Positions 56,229 through 64,000 of a stretch of 64,000 bases of DNA are shown here, one piece after another. Location of the stretch: the IMG/VR virus record IMGVR_UViG_2519899647_000001. One strand, 5' to 3'. The notes under the pieces were generated by a model, which was given only the letters and a program-made list of their open reading frames with translations, did no database searches and was not told the origin of the DNA. Both the position numbers and the translations under genes were made by a program. Every line of letters begins with the position of its first letter. Within the stretch, counting starts at the first letter, position 1. Source of the DNA: an uncultured virus (IMG/VR IMGVR_UViG_2519899647_000001) (taxonomy: Duplodnaviria > Heunggongvirae > Uroviricota > Caudoviricetes).

Positions 56229-58699
56229 TGGATGTACTCAAAGGGAAGAAAATCATGGTGTGGACTTTCATGGGCACCGCCAGGATGTATACGGCTCTTC
56301 GGAACTACGGTGACCGCATCAGCCAGATTGGACTGTTTTCATTCAAAGTCAGAGCGACTGGGGAAATCTATGAAACAGGCGTCAGCATTTCAAGTATGCT
56401 GACCTACATCAATATGTACCCGCACATCAAGTGGCTGCTGACCGTGGCGAATGACGGCACAAACAGCATCTTCCGCGCCTTAAGGGACAACATAAACGGC
56501 GCACAGGATACTTTCCTCTCGGAAATCGTCCGCATTATGCAGAAATACCCGTGGTGTGACGGCATCGACATCGACCTTGAGAAAGGCGATGGATATTCCA
56601 CGCACGAGGAATCTACGGCGATGTTCCGCAATATCTACAACACGGTCAAGGCATACGACTCATCCAAGCTGATGAATATCTGCCTGCCGGGTATGACAAG
56701 CGTCAACGGCTCAGTCGGCGGTGAGAACTGGTGCGTGTATGCCGACCTCAACAATTACTGCGATACCGCATCCATCATGAGCTACGGTATGGCGTGGGCA
56801 GGCTCCGCGCCGGGGCCTGTGTCCCCACGCTCTTGGCTTGAGGGAATCTACGACTATGCATCCCAGGTCATGGATACGGACAAGGTGTTCCTCGGTATGC
56901 CCGCCTACGGTTGGAACTGGCAGATATACGACCTGCCTTCCAATATCGGCAAGACCTATCGAGGCACCTCGCAGACCTACTACGCCGCACAGAACTGGCT
57001 GAAGGGCGTGTATAACTTTACGGACGATCAGCCGCCGCAGCCGTTTATCCCGTTCGTGGGATATTGGGACGATAACAACAAAGTGCCGTGGGCGCTCCCT
57101 CATGTGTACGACTACATGGAGGGACGGGATGCCGACAGCTACGAGTACCCGCAGATGAGCGGGACATACAACGGCAGACATTATCTGACCGCCTATGGCA
57201 AGCAGCAGAAAACCGAGTTTGAAAACATCATTATCGACCATGACGGTGGCAACTACGCCAGCGCATCCGGCATCGTATCCATCGAGAACGGCATCGCTAC
57301 GCTCGGTGATGAAGGATCAGTCACATACCGATTTACCGTCAACACGGCGGGAACTTATGACGTGGCTGTGCGGCTCTGTTATCCGTTTTGGGATAAGAAC
57401 GGCATTTATGTATCGCTGGACGGTTCGAATAGGCACTTCACGGAGAGCCGACTGTGGTGGCCGTACTGGAGGACTACCTTCTGGACTACACTTGCAAGCG
57501 GTGTGAGCCTATCTGCGGGAACGCATACCATAAAGATTTCTGTCGATGTGAAGGGCGTACAGTTTTACGGTTTCCGTGTCTGCTCATCCTTTTCCGAGAA
57601 ACCGTCCGCAGGAGAAGCAACCTACACCTTTTCCCCGCGACAGTTCAAAGACGTGGACGGCAATATGGTCGGTCCCGACCGTGGCTTTCGTCTGACCTTG
57701 GAGATGCTCCGCCGAAAGCCCGACTCGGCTCTTGTCTGGTATGAGGACTTCCGGGACTACGGCGTTCTTGAAACGAATTACTGGACGGTGCTGTCAGGCT
57801 CTTTTGAGGTGTGGCGGTCAGAGGAATACTCGATGGAGCGAGTTTATTCCCAGCTTGACGGCAAGGGACAGCTTGCATGGAAGTATGACGGCTTTTCGGA
57901 TATCCACTTACGGGCAAGGCTGGCGTTCCCGGCAAATAGCAGCGGTCGTGCAGGAGTTTTCTGCGGCAATCTGTTCTGCTGCCTAAACTATGACAATCAA
58001 GCAGTGGAACTGTATAACGGCTCCACGCTTCTCGGCAGCTACAGTCAGGAGATCGCGAGGACGCCGAACGCCGACCTTCGGACAAATCCAAATATGTACA
58101 CGGTGGAGATGCGTATCCGTGGGAACAGGGTGCGCGTTTATTCCGGTTCTTCCTATACGCTGCGGTTCACAGCAACGGTCAGCGGTTTCTCCGGCGGTTA
58201 CGCAGGCTACCGATCCGACAATCGGACGGTCTGTGAACTGATGCGCCTTGGTGATGCCTGGACATATGAGCCATATGAGCGGTTCGATGTTGTCATGCCG
58301 GACGGGACGCAGAAATCATACGGCCGTATCAGCAGGAGCAACTGCACTTGGGACAGCGAGTTCCAGGTGTTTACACTGACTTCTGATATAGAGGAGACTT
58401 CTATTCGGAGCGAGGATATTTCAATGGACTATGACTTCTTCCATTCGGATGATATGACCTCGCTTTCCTGCGGCAACGACTATCAGGCTACGGTCATTCC
58501 CGTGGACATCAACATTTGGATATCACGGCTCTTCCTCGGCGATGCGGACGGCTTTTCCATTCTCTATTACCAGGACGTGGACTCCCTCGTCTATTGGGCG
58601 AACGAGGCGGCTTATCGGTGGAAACTTCGAGGGATGTGTATGTGGTCCCTTGGGCAGGAGGACTTGCGGCTGTGGGAGTGGCTGCCGAAACAGGTCTGA
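56228..58699 (+). CDS. GH18 glycoside hydrolase with inserted beta-sandwich domains
   Basis: DGIDIDLE (DxxDxDxE), IMSYG, GMPAYG, terminal GMCMWSLGQED. Confidence 0.85.
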   Translation: MDVLKGKKIMVWTFMGTARMYTALRNYGDRISQIGLFSFKVRATGEIYETGVSISSMLTYINMYPHIKWLLTVANDGTNSIFRALRDNINGAQDTFLSEIVRIMQKYPWCDGIDIDLEKGDGYSTHEESTAMFRNIYNTVKAYDSSKLMNICLPGMTSVNGSVGGENWCVYADLNNYCDTASIMSYGMAWAGSAPGPVSPRSWLEGIYDYASQVMDTDKVFLGMPAYGWNWQIYDLPSNIGKTYRGTSQTYYAAQNWLKGVYNFTDDQPPQPFIPFVGYWDDNNKVPWALPHVYDYMEGRDADSYEYPQMSGTYNGRHYLTAYGKQQKTEFENIIIDHDGGNYASASGIVSIENGIATLGDEGSVTYRFTVNTAGTYDVAVRLCYPFWDKNGIYVSLDGSNRHFTESRLWWPYWRTTFWTTLASGVSLSAGTHTIKISVDVKGVQFYGFRVCSSFSEKPSAGEATYTFSPRQFKDVDGNMVGPDRGFRLTLEMLRRKPDSALVWYEDFRDYGVLETNYWTVLSGSFEVWRSEEYSMERVYSQLDGKGQLAWKYDGFSDIHLRARLAFPANSSGRAGVFCGNLFCCLNYDNQAVELYNGSTLLGSYSQEIARTPNADLRTNPNMYTVEMRIRGNRVRVYSGSSYTLRFTATVSGFSGGYAGYRSDNRTVCELMRLGDAWTYEPYERFDVVMPDGTQKSYGRISRSNCTWDSEFQVFTLTSDIEETSIRSEDISMDYDFFHSDDMTSLSCGNDYQATVIPVDINIWISRLFLGDADGFSILYYQDVDSLVYWANEAAYRWKLRGMCMWSLGQEDLRLWEWLPKQV

Positions 58700-58738
58700 C
58701 AATATAACACAATACAACACACTATCTTTCGGGAAATG

Positions 58739-58766
58739 GCGATTGCTTACGGGCAGTCGCTTTTTT
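58739..58766 (+). terminator. terminator before the lysis genes
   Basis: GCGATTGC...GCAGTCGC then TTTTTT. Confidence 0.6.
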
Positions 58767-58797
58767 CATACCAAAAATGCAAAGGAGGACAAATCTC

Positions 58798-59220
58798 ATG
58801 AAAGAATTCTGGAACACCATTCAGGTAATCATCGCGGCAATCGGAGGATGGCTCGGCTACTTCCTCGGCGGCTGTGACGGTCTGCTCATTGCACTTGTGG
58901 CGTTCGTGGCAATCGACTACATCACAGGCGTTATGTGCGCCATTGCGGACAAGAAGCTCTCCAGCGAGGTCGGTTTCAAGGGTATCTGCCGCAAGGTGCT
59001 TATTTTTCTGCTCGTGGGGATCGCCAACATCCTCGATGTGCAGGTCATCGGCACGGGCAGTGTCCTTCGCACGGCGGTGATCTTTTTCTACATCTCCAAC
59101 GAGGGTGTATCTCTCACGGAGAACGCCGCGCATCTGGGTCTGCCTATCCCGGAAAAGCTGAAAGCGGTGCTGGAGCAGCTCCATGACCGCAACACCGATG
59201 GAAAGGACGGTGACGAGTAA
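58798..59220 (+). CDS. holin (Phage_holin_4_1-like)
   Basis: IDYITGV, SSEVGFKGI, FYISNEGVSLTENAAHLGLPIP. Confidence 0.9.
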   Translation: MKEFWNTIQVIIAAIGGWLGYFLGGCDGLLIALVAFVAIDYITGVMCAIADKKLSSEVGFKGICRKVLIFLLVGIANILDVQVIGTGSVLRTAVIFFYISNEGVSLTENAAHLGLPIPEKLKAVLEQLHDRNTDGKDGDE

Positions 59221-60716
59221 TGGCATACACAAACAGTTCTATGGTGGCTTACACCAAACTCAGCCCGAACCATTCCGGGCAGCGGACGCACTCCATCGAC
59301 CGTATCACTCCACACTGTGTGGTCGGTCAGTGTACGGCGGAGGGGCTTGGCGACTGGTTTGCCAAGTCCTCCACGCAGGCATCAAGCAACTATGGAATCG
59401 ACAAGGATGGGCGTGTCGGGATGTATGTGGAGGAGAAGAACCGCTCCTGGTGTTCCTCCTCCAATGCAAACGACCAGAGGGCGATCACCATCGAATGCGC
59501 GTCCGACACCACGGAGCCGTATGCGTTCCGCGACATCGTTTATCAGATGCTCATTAAACTGTGCGTGGATATCTGCAAGCGCAACGGCAAGACGAAGCTG
59601 CTGTGGCTCGGTGATAAGGATAAGGCTCTCGCCTATGAACCGAAGTCCGGCGAGATGATCCTGACCGTCCACAGATGGTTTGCAAACAAAAGCTGTCCCG
59701 GCAACTGGATGTATGCCAGGATGGGCGATCTTGCGGAGAAGGTCACGGCGGCTCTCGGTAGTGGTACCGATGGTGCCAATGGTTCCACAACTACACAGGG
59801 AACACAGGCTTCTGCCTTTTCCGGGCTTTCCGAGGCGGATGTTGTAAAGAGTGTGGAAACAATGTTTACCGCAGACCAGAAGAAAACGGGCATCCTCGCA
59901 TCGGTTTCGATGGCGCAGTTCATCCTCGAATCCGGCTACGGCAAGTCGGAACTGGCGCAGAATGCCAATAATGTGTTCGGCATGAAATGCTCCCTCTCCG
60001 GCAACACCTGGAGCGGTTCGACCTGGGACGGCAAAAGCAAGTACACCAAGCAGACGAAGGAGCAGCATACGGACGGCAGCTACGAGACGATCACGGCGGA
60101 CTTCCGCAAGTATCCGTGCATGGAGGACTCCATCGCCGACCACAGCGCGTATCTACTGGGTGCGAAGAACGGCAGCAAACTCCGCTATGACGGTCTGAAG
60201 GGCTGCACTGACTACAAGAAGGCTGCGCAGATCATCAAGGACGGCGGGTATGCCACGAGTCTTACTTACGTGGAGAACCTCTGCTCAATTATCGAGCGGT
60301 GGAACCTTACGCAGTTCGATGTAAAAGAGAGCGAGACGGCTATTGCCTGGTACCGTGTCCGTAAGACCTGGGCTGATTCCAAGACACAAAAAGGCGCATA
60401 TAAGATTTTGGAGAACGCCAAGAAGTGCGCTGATGCCAATCCGGGATATAGTGTGTTTGATGTAAACGGTGTAAACATCTACACACCGAAAACAACTACT
60501 CCAAACGCGCCGGATGTTCCGTTCCTCGTGCGGATCACCATCACCGACCTTAATATCCGCAAAGGGCCTGGAACGGATTATGACAGGACGCAGTTCATTC
60601 CCGTGGGTGTGTACACCATCGTGGAGGTGAAGTCCGGCAAAGGATCAGCCACCGGTTGGGGACGGCTGAAGAGCGGCGCGGGCTGGATTAGTCTCGACTT
60701 CGCCACGAGGATTTAA
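59220..60716 (+). CDS. endolysin: amidase_2 + glucosaminidase + SH3-type binding domain
   Basis: ITPHCVVG/ITIECAS/VHRWFANKSCPG; AQFILESGYG...GGYATS; LNIRKGPG...WGRLKSGAGWI. Confidence 0.9.
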   Translation: MAYTNSSMVAYTKLSPNHSGQRTHSIDRITPHCVVGQCTAEGLGDWFAKSSTQASSNYGIDKDGRVGMYVEEKNRSWCSSSNANDQRAITIECASDTTEPYAFRDIVYQMLIKLCVDICKRNGKTKLLWLGDKDKALAYEPKSGEMILTVHRWFANKSCPGNWMYARMGDLAEKVTAALGSGTDGANGSTTTQGTQASAFSGLSEADVVKSVETMFTADQKKTGILASVSMAQFILESGYGKSELAQNANNVFGMKCSLSGNTWSGSTWDGKSKYTKQTKEQHTDGSYETITADFRKYPCMEDSIADHSAYLLGAKNGSKLRYDGLKGCTDYKKAAQIIKDGGYATSLTYVENLCSIIERWNLTQFDVKESETAIAWYRVRKTWADSKTQKGAYKILENAKKCADANPGYSVFDVNGVNIYTPKTTTPNAPDVPFLVRITITDLNIRKGPGTDYDRTQFIPVGVYTIVEVKSGKGSATGWGRLKSGAGWISLDFATRI

Positions 60717-60718
60717 TC

Positions 60719-60876
60719 GGAACACGAGAACACATAGGAACAGCAAATTCCTATCTCTCCGTATATAATACACATTTTTTATATACCCTATTTTCGTTCA
60801 CGAAATTTATGTTGTAATAGGATTTTTCGTGTTCCTCGTGTTCCAACCGTTGAAAATAAAGGATTATTCGGAACAG
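60719..60876. repeat. ori-like element copy B
   Basis: GGAACACGAGAACACATAGGAACAG...CGTGTTCCTCGTGTTCC...CGTTGAAAATA; collinear with 32111-32270. Confidence 0.75.
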
Positions 60877-60879
60877 GTA

Positions 60880-60924
60880 CGGCCTGTGGGTGTCTCTTCG
60901 GAGAGCCTGCAGGCCGCTTTTTTT
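60880..60924 (+). terminator. late operon terminator
   Basis: CGGCCTGTGGG...CCTGCAGGCCG then TTTTTTT. Confidence 0.7.
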
Positions 60925-60939
60925 ATGCCATAACGGTGG

Positions 60940-60965
60940 GGGTTGAATTTCTCGGTAGTGAGTGA
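60940..60965 (+). promoter_or_regulatory. 26-bp phage motif, copy 3
   Basis: GGGTTGAATTTCTCGGTAGTGAGTGA. Confidence 0.7.
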
Positions 60966-61009
60966 GGGAGATACCACAAGACCTATCCCTCGGAAGGAGC
61001 CGAGAGAAT

Positions 61010-61435
61010 ATGACCGATAATCAGAAAGCGCAAATCATCAAACTCCGTGCGGCTGGAAATGGCTACGGCAAGATTGCCCAGACGCTTGGCATATCGCTGA
61101 ACACAGTAAAGTCTTTCTGCCGCAGGAACGATATCAACGGGAACACTGCAATCGAGCCTTCCGTAACGCTCACCGGCGAAACAACAGCCTGTGAGAATTG
61201 CGGTCGGGAGATTCAGCAGATCGCCAAGCAGAAGAAAAAACGCTTCTGCTGCGACAAGTGCCGTAACGAGTGGTGGAACAGCCATCTCGACCAGGTGAAG
61301 CGTAAGGCGGTCTACGATTTCAGATGCCCGCACTGCGGTAAGGAGTTCCACATTTACGGGGACAGGCGCAGGAAGTATTGTAGCCATGAATGCTACATCG
61401 CCGACCGTTTCAAAGGTGGTGACGGCGATGAATAA
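61010..61435 (+). CDS. HTH + zinc-ribbon protein of the recombinase module
   Basis: GYGKIAQTLGISLNTVKSFCRR; CENCG..FCCDKCR; CPHCG..YCSHEC. Confidence 0.8.
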   Translation: MTDNQKAQIIKLRAAGNGYGKIAQTLGISLNTVKSFCRRNDINGNTAIEPSVTLTGETTACENCGREIQQIAKQKKKRFCCDKCRNEWWNSHLDQVKRKAVYDFRCPHCGKEFHIYGDRRRKYCSHECYIADRFKGGDGDE

Positions 61436-61613
61436 AGAAGACTTCCGCAACGAAAAGCTCTATCAGACCACCATGCACCTTGCCAGGAAGATGCTCGAAG
61501 AAGGCATTATTTCCGAGGAGGAGTATCGTCAGATTGATACAATTTTCCTTGAGAAATATAAGCCTGTTTTCGGCATATTATTCTCGGATATATCGTTGAC
61601 TTCCGGGGCGTAA
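61428..61613 (+). CDS. SHOCT-like small protein
   Basis: MLEEGIISEEEY. Confidence 0.7.
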   Translation: MNKEDFRNEKLYQTTMHLARKMLEEGIISEEEYRQIDTIFLEKYKPVFGILFSDISLTSGA

Positions 61614-61647
61614 AGAGTGATGTATAGTGTCGGAAAGGAGTGATTTC

Positions 61648-63423
61648 ATGGCAAAAATCACAAGGGTCGAACAGGCAGTGCCGACCATAAAAACGAAGAA
61701 AAAAGTCGCTGCCTATGCTCGCATCTCGATGGAATCGGAACGCATGAACCATTCCCTCTCCGCACAGATCAGCTACTACAGTTCCCTGATACAAAAGAAT
61801 CCTGACTGGCAGTACGCAGGCGTGTTCGCGGACGATGGGATCAGCGGCACTGGCATAGCCAAGCGCGATGAATTCAAGCGTATGATCGAAGCCGCCGACA
61901 ACGGCGAGATCGACATCATCCTTACGAAATCAATCCAACGGTTCGCCAGGAACACGGTGGACCTGCTGGAGACGGTGCGGCACTTGAAGGATATCGGCGT
62001 GGAGGTGCGGTTCGAGAAAGAACACATCAATTCCATGAGCGGTGACGGCGAGTTGATGCTGACCATCCTCGCATCTTTCGCACAGGAAGAAAGCCGCAGC
62101 CTTTCGGAGAACTGCAAATGGGGCATCAGAAAGCGTTTCGAGAAAGGGATACCGAACGGACACTTCCGGGTGTACGGGTACCGCTGGGAGGGAGATGACC
62201 TGGTCATCGTGCCGGAGGAAGCGGAAATTGTGAGACGCATCTTCCGGAACTTCCTGGACGGCAAGTCGAGACTGGAAACGGAGCGGGAGTTCGCCGCCGA
62301 AGGCATCACTACAAGAGAGGGATGCCGCTGGGTGGATTCCAACATCAAGGTGGTTCTCACAAACGTGACCTACACGGGAAACCTTCTCCTGCAGAAGGAA
62401 TTCATATCCGATCCCATTTCAAAGCAGCGGAAAAAGAACAAGGGACAGCTTCCGCAGTACTATGTGGAGGACACACATCCCGCCATTATCGACAAAGAAA
62501 CCTTCGATTATGTGCAGTCAGAGATTGCGCGGCGCAAGGAACTGGGACCGAGGGCAAACAAGAGCCTGAACCTCACCTGCTTTTCGGGAAAGTTGAAATG
62601 CCCGTTTTGTGGAATCAGCTATGCCCACAATAAGCGCACGGACAGAGGGTTCATGGAGTATTGGGCTTGCGGATCACGGAAGAAAAAGGGCGGCCGGTGT
62701 CCGGTCGGCGGCAGCATCAACCACGAGAATCTGAAAAAGGCGTGTGCCGAGGTACTCGGATTGGAAGAGTTCGATGAGGATGTATTCAGCGAGAAAGTGG
62801 ATTTCATCAATGTGCCGGAACGGTATGTACTGGAGTTCCATCTGAAGGACGGCGGCATTGTCACGAAGGACTGCCCGAACACAGGACACCAGGATTGCTG
62901 GACGGCTGAGTACAGAGCGAAAACCTCCGAGAAGCGCAGGAAGAAACCGAACTGCAAAGGTTCTTCCGTCATGACGGGGAAAATCAAGTGTGCCGGATGC
63001 GGATGCAATTTCCGCAGGGCTTCACAGCCGTCAGCTACCTCGGAAAGCGGTAAGGCGTTCTACTGGCGGTGCGCGGAGCGGAACGGCTGCGGTACGGTCG
63101 GTTTGCGAGAAGATGTGCTGAAGCCCTTTATAGCGGAGACGCTCGGCATTCCCGAATTTGACGATGCCGAGTTTGAAAAGCGGATAGACCACATCGATGT
63201 GCTTTCCGCAACGGAGATGGTTTTCCATTTCAAGGACGGCAGGACGGTCAGCCGCACATGGGAGCAGCCGAAACGGGTCGGCAGACCGTGGACGGATGAG
63301 CAGAGAGCCAAGTTCAAGGAATCCATCAAGGGTAGGTACACGCCGGAGTTACGGCGGCAGATGAGCGAACACATGAAACAATTACGGAAGGAGCGTGGGA
63401 AAGCATGGCGCAAAGAAAAGTAA
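61648..63423 (+). CDS. large serine recombinase 1
   Basis: AYARIS, DDGISGT, KSIQRFARN, recombinase domain, two zinc ribbons. Confidence 0.95.
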   Translation: MAKITRVEQAVPTIKTKKKVAAYARISMESERMNHSLSAQISYYSSLIQKNPDWQYAGVFADDGISGTGIAKRDEFKRMIEAADNGEIDIILTKSIQRFARNTVDLLETVRHLKDIGVEVRFEKEHINSMSGDGELMLTILASFAQEESRSLSENCKWGIRKRFEKGIPNGHFRVYGYRWEGDDLVIVPEEAEIVRRIFRNFLDGKSRLETEREFAAEGITTREGCRWVDSNIKVVLTNVTYTGNLLLQKEFISDPISKQRKKNKGQLPQYYVEDTHPAIIDKETFDYVQSEIARRKELGPRANKSLNLTCFSGKLKCPFCGISYAHNKRTDRGFMEYWACGSRKKKGGRCPVGGSINHENLKKACAEVLGLEEFDEDVFSEKVDFINVPERYVLEFHLKDGGIVTKDCPNTGHQDCWTAEYRAKTSEKRRKKPNCKGSSVMTGKIKCAGCGCNFRRASQPSATSESGKAFYWRCAERNGCGTVGLREDVLKPFIAETLGIPEFDDAEFEKRIDHIDVLSATEMVFHFKDGRTVSRTWEQPKRVGRPWTDEQRAKFKESIKGRYTPELRRQMSEHMKQLRKERGKAWRKEK

Positions 63424-64000
63424 CGGCGATACCGGCTACTATCAGCCGGTACACGGCCACGCCGATAAACAGTATGAAGAAACGCCGCGTTGCCGGGTAT
63501 GCCCGCGTTTCGACCGACCACGAAGACCAGACCACAAGCTACGAGGCGCAGGTCGATTACTACACCAACTACATCAAGAGCCGGGACGATTGGGAGTTCG
63601 TTGCCATATACACGGACGAAGGAATCTCGGCAACGAACACCAAAAAACGCGAGGGCTTTAAGGCGATGATCGCCGATGCCCTTGCCGGGAAAATTGATCT
63701 CATCGTTACCAAGAGCGTGAGCCGTTTCGCAAGGAACACCGTGGATAGCCTTACCACGGTACGGCAGTTGAAGGATGCAGGCATTGAGATTTATTTTGAA
63801 AAAGAAAACATATGGACGCTGGATTCCAAGGGTGAGCTGCTCATAACAATCATGTCGAGTCTTGCGCAGGAAGAGAGCCGCTCCATTTCCGAAAACGTCA
63901 CCTGGGGGCAACGCAAGCGTATGGCGAACGGCAAGGTCAGCTTTGCTTACAGTCGCTTCCTCGGTCTGGACAAGGATAAAGAAACGGGCAAGATCGTGGT
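63405..64000 (+). CDS. large serine recombinase 2 (runs off the window)
   Basis: MAQRKVTAIPA...GYARVSTD...DEGISAT...KSVSRFARNT; not in the ORF track because no stop lies in the window. Confidence 0.9.
   Translation, partial: MAQRKVTAIPATISRYTATPINSMKKRRVAGYARVSTDHEDQTTSYEAQVDYYTNYIKSRDDWEFVAIYTDEGISATNTKKREGFKAMIADALAGKIDLIVTKSVSRFARNTVDSLTTVRQLKDAGIEIYFEKENIWTLDSKGELLITIMSSLAQEESRSISENVTWGQRKRMANGKVSFAYSRFLGLDKDKETGKIV

Larger units (their letters stand above)
14916..64000 (+). mobile_element. siphovirus-type prophage inserted in hsdM (right end beyond the window)
   Basis: hsdM break, then cargo, replication, packaging, head, tail, lysis and serine recombinase modules in order. Confidence 0.85.

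Noticed and set aside
52931..58699. Diversity-generating retroelement or invertible tail cassette
   Set aside because: No reverse transcriptase, TR/VR pair or inverted tail-gene cassettes seen in the window.

Overview
Firmicutes (Clostridia-like) accessory DNA with nested mobile elements and no housekeeping genes. (1) 1-4700, minus strand: an ICE-type gene string (SpoVG, Flp-pilin-like, YodL, Dam methylase, DUF4314). (2) 4767-14930: defence and cargo island. It holds an XRE-ImmA-PIN triad, a Phd/RelE toxin-antitoxin pair, an Xis-like gene, an attP-like 3' tRNA-Ser(CGA) fragment with arm repeats on both sides, a tyrosine integrase fused by deletion to an AAA_25 helicase stub, DUF6076, a metallophosphoesterase and type I hsdR-hsdM. 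(3) ~14916 to beyond 64000: a siphovirus-type prophage that appears to be inserted into hsdM just before the SAM-binding motif. It carries a LlaJI-like restriction-modification operon, a switch region with no recognisable CI (CGNR zinc-finger gene, operator repeats, structured leader, sigma-like gene), a PolA/P4-primase replication module, metK plus two methyltransferases, an amidoligase/GGCT cassette, HK97-type head, tail, GH18, holin/endolysin and tandem large serine recombinases that run off the window. Strongest leads: a nested alternative-frame second subunit inside the phage C5 methyltransferase, the restriction-system swap at hsdM, the duplicated ori-like element and the CI-less switch. 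All family calls come from motif recognition by eye; no searches were run.
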